Part shown: piece after piece, positions 39,203 to 52,662 of the stretch
Position numbering within the stretch: position 1 is the first letter of the stretch
Layout: the number at the start of each line of letters is the position of its first letter
Assembly: GCF_036321535.1 (NCBI RefSeq)
Contig: NC_087437.1
Coordinates: 33,048,001 to 33,112,000 of the forward strand
Direction of reading: 5' to 3'
Source: Camelus dromedarius
Taxonomy: Eukaryota
Length of the DNA stretch: 64,000 nucleotides
Position numbers and translations under genes: made by a program
Notes under the pieces: generated by a model
What the model saw: the letters and a program-made list of their open reading frames with translations, nothing else
Told to the model about the DNA's origin: nothing
The model's database searches: none

Positions 39203-40799
39203 CTGGTATAAAGCTGGCTCTAGCTCTCCTTCTTGCTTTTTCCTCTCCCCATCTTCTCCTCCTACTTGACACATTTTAAAGACGAATTTCAGAAAACAAT
39301 TATTTATATGAAATATGTGTCACTAGGAATATCTAGTCCAAAAAAACCCATAGTCCAAAATGTCTTAAGAGGAAAAAATCAATAAACCATTTGTATTGCT
39401 TTTGCATGGGATGTGGACAAGTGAATTTAAATAATAGCCTCTGTTATGATTATGAGACTAAAGCTTTCTAGTCACTGTTTTGGGAAAGATCCCAAGTATG
39501 CTCCTTACTTGCAGCAAGTAATAAATCTTTCCCTCTCTGGAAAATAAAATAAAATAAAAGTTTCAAAACAAAAGAGCTTTTAAGTAATGATTATGAATGT
39601 AAGGTTTATAAATGTATTTTTAAGGAAGACAAAAAATATTTCTGACAAGTAGATGGATTTGGGCCAACTAATGCATGAATATTTAAAGTCAGCTATATGT
39701 CTTCTTCCAGGCTGTATTATGTAATATTAATGCTAATGAAATATTCTAGTTTATATAAAACTAAGATTGAACTTCTCATGATTTAAACTTTTTAAATTTC
39801 CTATACTGATCTTACAGCTCAAGTAAGTTATTGATTCCACCAATGGTGTACAAAATAAGATTACAAAATATCAAATGGTGTATCTGAATAAAATTGTAAT
39901 ACAGATGTCTTAAAGGGGTTTTGATCTTACAAAATTACTATAATACTATTAAGTATAAGGACAATGTGTGAGCTAAAACTAATTTTTCAGATCCTCAGTT
40001 AACTTTTCCAGACCTTAGAAAATGTTAAATTAGTCCTTGGATACTTGGACAGTTTCTAAGGAAAAGAAACGATACAAAGCTTTGGTCACTAAAGATAGTT
40101 TGAATTTATCTTTATTCTTATATATTATAAAATGACTACAAATCAACAGAAAGTGCAAATGCTTTGAATGACATAATGTATGTGTATTTTGCCACTTTAA
40201 AACTTAACAGAAGAAATCTATAATGTGTACTTACAAAATTTTAGCTGGCATTTCTTGATTTTTTTTGTCTTCCAGTTTTCTCTGTGGAGAAAAAAGTTTA
40301 TTACTTTGGTTAAAAGTGGTGATTAATAAAAATAATGAAGAATATACTCGGTATAAAAAAAGTATATTATACTTGGTATAATCACAGACAATATGAATAC
40401 ACACACACACAAGATAATGAGTATGAATTTTTACTTAAGGAAACATAGTTTGTTAAAGTAATTTCAAAAGTAACAGCTACACTTTTTTACTTAACATAAT
40501 TATATCTTAAAATTAAAGTAAAACCTTAATATTATTACCATCTATGTAATTATTATTTAATTTATATATTTTAAACAAATACATACAAAGGCTTAGAAAG
40601 ACTACATTTTTGAAAGCCTGTAAATGAACAAGTTTACTTAAAAGTATATTCAACATTAATGGATTTATTCATCAAAGTAAATCCTTGACTACATGTTAAT
40701 ACATGGATGACATACCAAAAATGAATTCGAAATTCAGCATTGAATCTCTGGTTTTTCTTTTCTTGTCTCCTGTAATTTACTCTGATTTCTATTTATTTG

Positions 40800-41725
40800 A
40801 TCTTACTCATTTAACAAGTATTTGTTGAGCTCCTAGCACAACAAGGGGTATAGCAATGAACAAAGCCAAATCACTGTCCTTATGGAACTTAGGTTCTCGT
40901 TGTCAGACGGCAGTCAGACAACAGACAGCTACGTAAAATGTCTGGATATATCTAAGTGTTCTGGAGGAAAATGAAGCAGTGTGTGAACATAGGGAAGAGC
41001 TGGCTGTTTCAGAAGAGTTGGTCTGGGAACCCCTCACTGACAGAGGCTATTTCAATAGAAGAAAGAAGAGCCATGCAGGTATCTAGAGGGAAGCAAAGGC
41101 TCTGGTTCTGTGAGGATCAGCTCCTAAGGAGGCCAAGTGTCTGGAGGAAAGCAAGCAAGTGAAGCAGGCTACATTGGTGTGGTTGCGCAAGCAAGGCCTT
41201 GTACCTGCTTATTTGAGGGTTAAATTTTTTTTTAATTTAGTCGTTTAAAATTTTAAAGTAGTTTTTTAAAATTTTAGGAAAATTTCTAACCTACACAAAA
41301 GTAGAGAACAGCAACAAGAAAATCACTGGATGAGTGTTTTCAGCGGAGAGATGACATGGTCTCTCTCCATAGATCCCTTCAGTTACTGTGTTGGGAATAG
41401 ACTGAGCAGCCGCGGGGCGGAAGCAATAAGGTCAGCTAGGCTATTCCAGTAATAACGTAGAGAGGTGGTGGTTCTTTGTTTGGTGGGGAGAAGTAGGTTC
41501 TGGATCTATTTTTGAGTGTAGTGCCCATAACATATACTGACAGACTAGACCGGAAGAGTCAAAGAGTGGTGTCAAAGTGACATTTTTGTTCTGGGCAACT
41601 AGAAGAACGGAGTTTATTTACATTTATCTGATGAAGACTTAAGAAGTTTTTGGGTGGAAGATCATTAGCTCCTTTTTGTACATAAAAAGTTTGAGCTGCC
41701 TTTAAGAAGTCCAAGTGGAATCGTC
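40800..41725 (-). mobile_element. L2 LINE fragments
   Basis: ctcatttaacaagtatttgttgagc (L2 3' end) followed by degenerate L2 body (tctggatctatttttgag, ctgggcaactagaagaacggag). Confidence 0.65.
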
Positions 41726-41959
41726 AAGGATGCCGTCTTTTAAATGGAGTGTACACATAACGTTTAACATCGAACAGTGATGGGACATTTTGAAATAAGT
41801 AAAAGCACTTGCAGTTGATAATTCACTATTATTCCACGTTCTTTTCAGGTCATGTCCTATAGATCAATTTTTTTCATATTTGTAGTAGCATAGATAAAAA
41901 TTTTTGCATTTTTTTAAACTTAAAGTATAAACTTTTCTCCATTATGTCGGCAAAACAAC

Positions 41960-42560
41960 CACCTTTAAGAGCTGCGTCTTAAAGCCAGATTAGCGCCGCA
42001 AAGCGACTGCACTTTCTCTTCCACGTCGGCAGAGGGCGTCGGGGCAACGGAGGGCGCTGCTCTGCTCTGAGATCCGGAAGCTTCTCCGTCTTTTTTTTCC
42101 TCTCCGCTTTGGCATCCTTTGCCCCGGAAGTGTTCTCTCTGCGTGATTGCCGGCGTGACTTTGAAAGCTTCCAGCAGTGGTGCTGGTTGCTGGGCAAAGC
42201 CGGAGCCGCGGGACCTTCGTACCAGTTCTGCGCTCGTCATGAGGCTGCTGGGAGCCGCCGCCGCCGCCGCTGCCGCCACGGCCGTGGGGCGCGGGCCTCT
42301 CCTGCGGGTGCCCGCCTCCCTGGACTGGCAGGGGAAACAGGTAGTGGAGACCGGCGAAGTGAGACCGAACCAGGGACTGTCCCCAGGACCTTGCGGTGCC
42401 TACGGGGCCAGGGAGGAAGTGGCCTTGCCTCCCTGGCACCTCTTTACTGACTGCTCCGAAAGCGAGCTGTCGACCTCGGTGCTGAAAAGCCGCTCTATTT
42501 GCACAGCTGTAGGTCATTAAGGAGCAGCTTCTCGGTGCCTTGGGAGGTTGGGTGGGCCTC
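41960..42560 (+). promoter_or_regulatory. GFM1: GFM1 CpG-island promoter / exon 1 region
   Basis: CpG-rich, no obvious TATA. ETS/GABP motifs CCGGAAG 42074-42080 and CCGGAAGTG 42124-42132. Confidence 0.85.
42239..42340 (+). CDS. GFM1: Mitochondrial elongation factor G1, exon 1 (102 nt, transit peptide)
   Basis: MRLLGAAAAAAAATAVGRGPLLRVPASLDWQGKQ |gtagtg. In frame with exon 2. Confidence 0.93.
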
Positions 42561-43590
42561 CGGTTTATGGTTAAGCCTCTTATTTTTGGTATACCTTAAA
42601 GAGAAGTGACTGGAGTGAAGGTCAAGACAGCAGAAGAATTAGTGTGTCCAGGGCTCGAACCCGGGGCTTCTGACTCATCCAGTGCTCTTTTCACTGCGAG
42701 TGCCGTTGGGCTGACTGCTCCTTCTTTCAACCGACCCTGGGTTATTTGGTTTAGTGCCTAAATAGTAGTACTATTCTTTGGTGGTTTGTTTGCCTTTTGC
42801 GGGGAGGGTAGAGGTGGGGCGGAGAGTGGAGTAGGTTTAGGTCGCAGTCGAGCCTTCCCCGTCATGCAAACCTCCTTTGCTTTGCGCGCTGGTATCCCTA
42901 GGATTTAATTAGCTAGGCGCCTATCATCCAGATTCCATTGAGTATTTTACCTATCTTTTCCAAGTTCTGCCTCCCTTTCCCCCGAAATGGCTGCAGTGCA
43001 TTTTGGATGTGCAGCCTTATAGAGAGAAGTTAATGTTGTGTCTTGATTCTATAAAATGCAGGATTCCCTCTCACCTCCAGAGTAAAATCCGGGTTTTTTT
43101 TAATGTCATTAATTGTTTTGGCGAAGAAGGAATTGGAAACCTTTTATGGGCTGCCTTGAAGTTATTGGCACCACTGCGTCGAGCATAGAAGTCCTCAGAC
43201 ATCCTTACTAGCTAGTAAGGGGGAAGGGGAAAAAAAATCAAAGTAAAATCTAAAGTAAAAACTGAATTTTTTGTCAAAGTAATTGTTGGGAGCTGTCTTT
43301 CTGATTTTATCAGCCCCAGTGTATATTTTAAAACCTGTGACTTTTGTTAAAAGTATCTGTCCCCTTTTGTTTATTTAATTAATTTGAATATCTCTTTTCA
43401 GATTTATTTACTTTTAAGAATATGTCCTTTCTGTCCTTTGCAGTCCCTTCTTAGGCTGAAACATTCCCTCTTGCCTTTCCAGGCTGTTTCATATGATGTT
43501 TTATGAGCATTGAGATTTCTTGAAGGAAAAATGTCCACTAAACCCGTTCTAATTGCTCACTATTATCCCATTAAAAGTGCATTGAATTGA

Positions 43591-43770
<180 letters not shown>

Positions 43771-44627
43771 TGACGGCTGATTCCAGATTGGTGTAACTGC
43801 AGTTTTGTTTTGTAAGGATTTAATAAATTTCACAAAACCTGGAAGATTAAAAGAATGATAACAGTGGATCTTTAACCACAGTCATACCACAAAGTGGCTA
43901 GCTCAAGTTGGCTTGAAATGTTGCTCTGAGAAATCTGTCTAGAGACCATCACTATGGGTATCCTGAGTAGGTTGTTTTTTAAGAATATTAAGTCAATATA
44001 ATGTATTCTTAAGCAGCCATTAAAATAATATTTAGATGACCTTAAATGTTATGAAGAGATGTTTATAATGTTAAGTGGAAAAAGGGTTTAAAATGATGAT
44101 ATGTAGTATAAGCTTAATAGTTAAAAAAATATTTTGGGAAAAAATTTTTTTTAGAAAATCTTAAAACTCCTGAAGAAATTACATATTGAGTAACTTTACT
44201 CTCCACTTAAAAATGTTACTTCAGATGAAGAGCATCTTGTTCAGTCACAGACTTTAAAAGATGAATCTTTCCCACCCAGGCCTCAAAATCCACAAGGAGC
44301 ACAACAGGGAAAAATCTGTTCTCTGAACACCTGCTCACAGACTAACAAGGCTGGTGGGCAGGAACAGTGCAGAGAGCAAGGGTGGCTCTCAGACCAGGTA
44401 ATTGCTGAGTGGTAGCAGCTGCTGAAAACGGCAGTGAAAAAAGGATTAGGCAATTAATAGAGGGCAGAACCTGTAATCAATTTTCTGTTTCATGAAATGA
44501 AATGGTTTGACAATGAGGTTTCTCTGAAAATTGTGTCAGTTAACTCTGTGTTCTGGTTCGATCTCAGTAAAGATTTCTTCTTGGAATGCAGGGACAGAGA
44601 AATCTGAATGGCTGTGCTTGTGTTTAG

Positions 44628-44921
<294 letters not shown>

Positions 44922-45102
44922 TAAGTGGATTCTTTGGAAAATAGTGCAAATAAATTGTGGGTAGGAAAGTTCTTGCCTTTTACATGTTGCAGCTGATTCC
45001 AGAGATGCCCATGGCCTAGTATCTTTTTGAACTGATTTGGTTGGGCGCCTGGACCTTGTGGTAAGTGAACGGTATTGGTGGTTTAAGGAATTCACATTCT
45101 AA

Positions 45103-45417
<315 letters not shown>

Positions 45418-47372
45418 TGAACCTTAGAACAGAGGCAGGTCATGATCTGGATAACAACTTACATCCAGAAGGACAGTTAATTCAGTGTCATTAAGCTTTA
45501 TCCTTAAATTTTCTTTTCCTTTTTAAAATTCATTTTTATGACTAACTTTGTAAATAAGACACTGAGGTCCATAGTTCAGTTTGTAATGTGATTTCATCAA
45601 CTGCTTTTCTCTGTAAAATGGGGGAAATATGACTTAAATTTTAGGAAAGTTGAAGGTGAATTCAGCAAACAATCTGGCAATTTATAGTGTTTTGCTATAA
45701 TTAGAGAAGTTGTAGTCTAGGGTAGGTTCTAAAAGTACTTTGCATTTATTTAGATAAACCTCGAGGATCTTCTTCAATTTTAACCTTTATTTGAGGAATT
45801 TTAATTAATGCCTTAAAGTAGTGGGCTGTATTCTCTTGCTTTCACTTGGTAACATATTTGCTAAGACATCAGCAACACTTCCTTTCTGAACCGGACGTAA
45901 CCCAGTAAGTGGTATTGATATCATTTTACATTTTGCACAATACTAACGTATTTCACACAGCCTTTGAAAAGTGCCACAGTTTCACTTTTCACCTTTCTGG
46001 TAGATGTGTAAATGGAGCTGTGGAGTTCCCACTGCAGTTTTACATGGCAGAGCTGATGGTTGTAGGCAGCAATGCTTGTGGTAGTGGAGACACTAAGTGA
46101 TTTGTCTGATGACAAATGATACAGTGTTGAGGAACTTCAAGTGACAGTATTGCTGTGTGCTCTCTGATGGAACTAACGTATTTGAGAATTTGAGAGTGAA
46201 CTTTTCCTTTATTGGTGTTTGTAGTACTTTCTTGGTAGAAGGAAACATTTTCACTTTTAGCCTTATTCTGTTTTACTTGTGTTTGGCAATAGACGGGTTC
46301 TTTCCACCGAGTCTTTTTCTGAATTCCAGGAAAATTTTCTTTCCGCATTTATTTGACTACTTTCTTTGCTCCACTGCCTTTTATTTGTTTTCTCATTTTG
46401 TAACTCTGATTAAACACACTTTGAAACCTCTGAATCTAGCCTCATGTCTTAACTTTTCTACAGTACTTTCTTACACTTTCTCGTTCCTTCTCATTTTGCG
46501 CTGGATTATGAGAGAATTCTTGAGCTCAGTCTTCTAACTCACTAATCTGATATTCATCTACATCCCTTCTGTTATTTAGCCTGTTTTTTATTCTTTTCTA
46601 ATCCCAGCAATTATATAGTTAATTTCCATAAACTTTCCCTTTTATTGTGACATCTTTATTAAAAGAGGTGAGTACTTCTCAGATTTTTACATTTTATTTT
46701 TTTCTAGTAACTCTCTCCTTGGAGGTTAGTACTATTTCTTGAGCTCACTGTCTTTCAAGCTATTGATTTCCTTCAAAATTTGGTGATTCTTAGTTACCTA
46801 TCCCTAGTTATAGATGGGCACTTGGAATCTAGACTAAACTGTGGTAGCTAGACCATATTTTTTCTTGGATGAGAACCCCTGTTGGTGAGTGTAGTTTCTC
46901 TTCAGTGGTTCTGCCGGAGCAGGGGTGCAGGTTGACGATAAGTGTCTGGCTTTAATACCCACTCTGAGAGTTTTCCCTCTAAGAACTTCCTTTTCACATA
47001 GCTGTCCTCAGCTTCAGCAGAGTCAGCTGAGCCAAGAATGAGATGTGGGCATAGTTACCACACCATCCTTTAATTTCCTGGCCAACCACTCAATGACCTG
47101 TTCTTCCCCTTTCTGTTTCTGATCCAGGATATTCTGGGGATCTGATGGGAAAATAGTTATTGTAGAATTCTTTTTGTTGCCTACATCAGGTTGTGGCTTC
47201 CTGAGCACAATGAGTTTAGCTGTCAGTCTGTTTCTAACTGCTTTATATCTCCTGCTCTCACCTACTGATAAATTCCACAGGTCTGCCGTTGATTTCTTTT
47301 TATATTTATTTTGTCATTTCAAAGGGATTTGGGGAGAAAAAAGGGGTAAACATACGTATTTTTATTTTTCAG

Positions 47373-47489
47373 GTCTAAACTAAGTCATAATGCAGCATTT
47401 GTGCAGTTACCCATTGGTTTGGAGGGTGATTTTAAAGGTATTATAGATCTTATCGAGGAACGAGCTATCTACTTTGATGGAGACTTTGG
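47373..47489 (+). CDS. GFM1: GFM1 exon 5 (117 nt)
   Basis: tttttcag| [38 protein letters not shown](G) |gtaagt. Confidence 0.97.
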
Positions 47490-48052
47490 GTAAGTGTTAA
47501 AAATACACTATTAAAATTTTATATTTTAAAAAGTATCAAAGAGAAGGAAAAGAATGAGTTCTTTAAAACAGAATAAACTTTTTGAAATATGTCTGGAAGA
47601 ATATCCGTTGAAATGATTTTGTTTTAATGCTTTTAGTCCTGGTTACTTCCCATTTTGCTTAGTATTCCTTCCGAGAGAGTATGTTATTCTTTGAGTAATA
47701 CATTTATATCACATTATAACATACATCGTGTGGTGTAAGGAGGCTTTGGGCTAGTGATGTAATATCTCTTTATCTCTTTGTTCTTTATACATTCTTTCAT
47801 TCATTTTGTAGACTTTCTGGAGCATTTACTATGGGCATTGTCTTAAAACCTGGGAAGAAAATAGGGATCATAAATATTTCCTCTACCTACTTAAGGGGTT
47901 ACAAAGATAAAAAGATTAACATATAAAAGAAGTTTAAAATTGTACAGATGTGGTTTGGCCAATACAAGAAGCAAGTTGGTAACTTTTGTCATGGTATTTG
48001 GTCGGTCAGTCAACTTTTGAGAGACATTTGCATTCAAAGCTTTGTAATTGCC

Positions 48053-48240
48053 CAGTGGTTATCAAACAATGGCATTCAGAACAGTCACCTGGAGAGCTTG
48101 TTAAAACACTTATTCTTGGATCCACCTTCAGAGATTCTAATTCAGTAGCTCTAGGGTGTGGCCTGGAATTTGCGTTTCTGGAATGCTCCCAAGTCATGCT
48201 ATGTTTCAGGTCTGCAGACCACAGTTTGAGTGGCACTAGT
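48053..48240. mobile_element. MER5A hAT-Charlie element
   Basis: cagtggttatcaaac...tcacctggagagcttgttaaaaca...cagagattctaattcagtag...gaccacagtttgagtggcact, about 190 bp. Confidence 0.8.
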
Positions 48241-49287
48241 CTAGAGAGTGAGGAGCTCATAATGAACCTTTCTTCTGAGAGTGGCCCCAGTAGCCTGGCA
48301 GTTTGTCCAAAGGTCCTTCTTGAGGGGTTTCCCTCCCCTGCTGTGGAACTAGGACTGCTGTCTGGCACGTGGGCAAAGGACATTGTGATCGGTTACCTGT
48401 GGGAAGTATCCTTAGCCGTCTTGTAGGCTGGGGAAAGATCGAGCAGGTTCAGTGGACAAGGCTTTCTGTCACTTTTTGTGTGACAGCTAAGCAGTGACAA
48501 CACAGCTTATCTATCATTCCTTAGAATGTAAGGGACAGGGGTTTTTATCAGGTTTATTTGTTGCTATGTCCCCAGCCCTAGAACTGTGTGATAAAAAATA
48601 AGGACTCAAAAGATATTCGTAAGTGTATGAGTAAATCCACTTCCCTAGAATTATCAGGGCATGTGTTTTTGTCTTCTAAAGTAGAGGCTTTTAAACTTTG
48701 TTGTATATCAGAATCACAGATGGAACGTTTTACTGTACTTGCCCCCTTTCCCAGCACTAAGCCACTGGGTATGTATATCTTGATTCCACAGAAGATTCTG
48801 ACATGAAAGGCTAGGAACCAGGAAGCTTTGTCAGAAAGGAAGAAGTTAAGCTCTGAAGGCTTTGAAGAGCATTCTTTAGGGTAATAAGAATTATTGTCTA
48901 TTTGCAGTTGCCTTCTTTTCCTTTTATTTTTTTAGGAATGTGTTTTCTGAAAATCTTGTTATTTTTTGACTTTAGATTCCATTTTTAAAGAAATACTTTG
49001 AAAACTTTCAGACTGATGTTTCTAAATATCAATTATGTCCATTTCTTGGTTGTCTATATTGTATTTGTGACTCTTACCCATCTGGCCCTTAGAGGAATGG
49101 AGAACTGAGGTCAAGGTTGAAGAGTATCATATTTAATAACCTTTTTTTTGAACTATAAAATGGTGTTTTCTGTGTTAAAAATTATATGATTGGGTTTGTT
49201 GTTAATGGAAAGGAATAGTTAGGTCTCTAATCTGCTTGTTAGAGACTGTGATGTTGTGATTAATTTAGTTAATAGAATTTTCAAGCA

Positions 49288-50128
49288 CAGTTGACCCTTG
49301 AACAATGTAGGGATTAGAGGCTATCAGTTGAAAACTGAGTATAACTTTTGATTCCCCCAGAACTTTACTAATAGCCTGCAGCTGACCGGAAGCCTTACTA
49401 ATAAGAAGCAGTCAACTGACAACATATTTTGTACGTTATATGTATTGTATACTGTATTCTTAGTAAAGTAAGCTAGAGAAAAGAAAATGTTGTTAAGATC
49501 GTAACAAATAGAAAATACGTTTGCAGTACTGTATATATTTATCAATACAGTGAGTTTCTTATGATAGAAAGCACTGTAGATGTTATGTGTATTGCTAACA
49601 CTAGGTATCACAAATGAAAAGGCAATATGAGAAGAAATTGATATTTAATTACAGGTATAATGATTCATGCATTGATAAGAAGTAGCATTATGATTGCTTT
49701 ATGGTAGCCTGTGGTAATTGATATGATTGATTCACAGTAGCCTAGACTATAAGCTAATTAATGAATCATAAAATTTTTATTGCATATGATATTACAATCA
49801 TATTCATAATACAGTATTAGAAACATTGTTACATTTTAAATTTTTTCTTACCTATGATGATACAGTTTCTCCAGTTATGAGAAAGAGAAGGGCATTCTGT
49901 ACAGTAATGTAATTCTTTGAAAGCAAAGTTATAAAACAGTAAGAAAATGAACACATTATTAATTTTATATTAAATATCACTCACCTTATGCCTATGTAAG
50001 GCTAGGCTATCCACTTCAATGCCAGTCTTGCACACAATGTTCTACACACATATTTTGCATATTATTGAAAAAATTCACATATAAGTGGACCCACACAATT
50101 CAAACTTTTGTTGTTCAAGGGTCAGCTG
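49288..50128. mobile_element. Tigger2-family non-autonomous DNA transposon
   Basis: TIRs CAGTTGACCCTTGAACAA and TTGTTCAAGGGTCAGCTG, with TA at 50129-50130. Confidence 0.85.
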
Positions 50129-50362
50129 TACTCATGGGCTTTGGAGTCAGACAGGCTTTGAATCTTGGCCTATCCATTTACTAATAGTATAACCTTGAGC
50201 AATTTGCTTTGCCTGTTTATAGTATTTTGCCCATTGTTCCATCTGAATTTTGAAAATGTACATTAGTTTTATTTGCCATTTTAATACAAATATATCAGAA
50301 CTCTTATTTTTTTCATTGGTGGTTTATATGTTTAATTGAATATTCTTAAAGTACTAAAATAA

Positions 50363-50563
<201 letters not shown>

Positions 50564-50992
50564 TGAAAAAGGTTTTTTGTTTTCTTTTGTTTTACAGGGA
50601 GGGGACATGATGCTTTTATGCAGAGTTTTATTAATGAAATCTGAGTAATTTTATTGACTATAATTGGTTTCTTCAAAAAATACTTGACATGGCATTTTTT
50701 TAAAGTAGTGAGTTATGTAATAATATCTTGCAATGGGAAAAGTCAAAGTTTTTTCTAGACAAAAAGATACTTAAACTGCCTACCTCTTGGGCATATCCTT
50801 GTTAAGAAGAAAGAAGACAAACTAGCAATGTTACAGCAATAAGACAGCTTTAGAGGCAAAGCAGTTAAATATTTGCAGACTAAATGTTGGTCCTTGCACT
50901 ATTGTGCTGTTTGGAAGGCCATGTGGATTCCTTCAGTTGATTGTTCAACTCTTTAAAAATAAAGAGCCTTGCCTAAGACTGATACTCACTTT

Positions 50993-51820
50993 TTGAATAG
51001 ATATTTCTCCATAGAGATAGCAAATGGCCAGTGAACACATGAAAAGGTGCTCAACATTGCTAACCATTAGGGAAAACAAAACTACAATGAGATAGCACTT
51101 TATTCATTAGGATGGCAGTTATTCGAAAAACAAACAACAGGTGTTGATGTGGATGTGGAGAACTTGGAACTCTTGTGCATTGCTGGTGGGAGTGTAAAAT
51201 GATGTGGTTTCCATCTGCTGTGGAAAACAGTATGGTGGTTTCTCAAAAATGTTAAATATAGAACTACTATATGATCCAGCAATTCCACTTCTGTATACCC
51301 AAAAGAAATGAAAGCAGAGACTCAAACAGATATTTGTATACCAGTGTTGATGGTAGCACGATTCACAGTGGCCAAAAGATGGAAACAACCCAGTGTCTAT
51401 CAGTGGAAGAATGGATAAACAAATTTGGTATATTCATACAATGGAGTATTATTCAGCCCTAAAAAGGAATCAGATTGATACGTGCTACAACATAGATGAG
51501 CCTTGAGGACATTATGTTAAGTGAAATAAGCCACACGTAAAAGGACAAATATTGTAGGATTCCACTTATATGAGATACCCAGAACAGTCAAATTCCTAGA
51601 GGCAGAAAAGTGAAATAGGGGTTACCAGGGGCTGGGGGAAGGCAGAATAGGGAGTTTTGGGGGAAGGCAGAATAGGGAGTTTAATCAGCACAGAGCTTCA
51701 GTTTAGGTTGATGAAAAGTTCTGGACATGGATAGTGGTAACAGCAATGTGAACGTACTTAATGCCACTGAACTGTACACTTAAAAATGGTCAATTTTGTT
51801 ATGTATATTTTATAATAAAA
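50993..51820 (+). mobile_element. L1MB-like 3' fragment with TSD
   Basis: Degenerate ORF2 end and 3'UTR. TSD core TAAGACTGATACT at 50974-50986 and 51821-51833. Perfect internal 25-bp tandem duplication at 51633-51682. Confidence 0.88.
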
Positions 51821-52120
51821 TAAGACTGATACTTATTTTGCCAAACCACTTGATGCACTTAGCAGAGATCAGATAAGTAATTATTGTTTGTAAGACATTG
51901 TACTCAAGGAGTTTATAAATCAGATGCACAAGGAAAGAACCCTATTGAAGCTGAGATGCTTACTAATATATGAGAGTCCTTTACCATTCATAAAGGCCTT
52001 ATCTTCTCAGCTCTCTGATGAGTAAGGAACACCATGTAGGAAGGTATAGGTCTGACCTTAAAGTCAAGATTATATGGAAACCACAATAGGGAGTTAGGCT
52101 TTGATCTATTAAAGGGAATG

Positions 52121-52662
52121 TGTCAGGGGTCCCCAAGACCTGTGATTCACTATGAGTAAGGACTTAGGACATAATTGTACTCGTGGCTATGATTCATTCT
52201 AGTGAAAGGATACAAAGCAAAATCAGCAAAGGAAAGAGGCATGTGAGGTGAAGTTCAGAAGAAGCCAAGTGTAAGATTCCAGGCGGCATCTCCCAGTGGC
52301 GTCTGTTTCCTCGTAGGGCATGCCTGTTTCCTCCAGCAACAAGTTATGACTACACCTGTGAAATGTTGTCTACCAGGGAAGCTCATTAGAAACTCAGTAC
52401 CCAAGGTTTTATTGGGGGCTGGTTACATAGACACCCTCTGCATGTACCAAATTCCAGACTCCCAGAAGGAAAGCAGGTGTTAAGCACATAACATATTTTT
52501 TGTACAAACAGCATAGGCACAATGAGCTAGTCTTACCAGTTCTGGGGATGCTGGGAACCCTCTGAAATCCAAGGCTCCAGATTCCAGCCAGGGACCAGCC
52601 TTGCAGGCAAGCCTTTCTAAGGAGGTGGTTTCAGTCCTGCTATGTTTACTGTTTTTTGCACA
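52121..52662. mobile_element. LTR relic (MER21-like)
   Basis: tgtcaggggtccccaagacc...aaaggatacaaagcaaaatcagcaaagg...aaattccagactcccagaaggaaagcaggtgtt...ttttttgcaca. Confidence 0.75.

Noticed and set aside
41965..42517. Antisense and overlapping ORFs at the GFM1 5' end (104 aa, 175 aa, 113 aa) and the in-frame upstream TTG extension from 42119
   Set aside because: Expected stop-codon scarcity in a CpG island. The antisense poly-Ala mirrors the GCC repeat. Several lack an ATG start and none has a recognisable domain.
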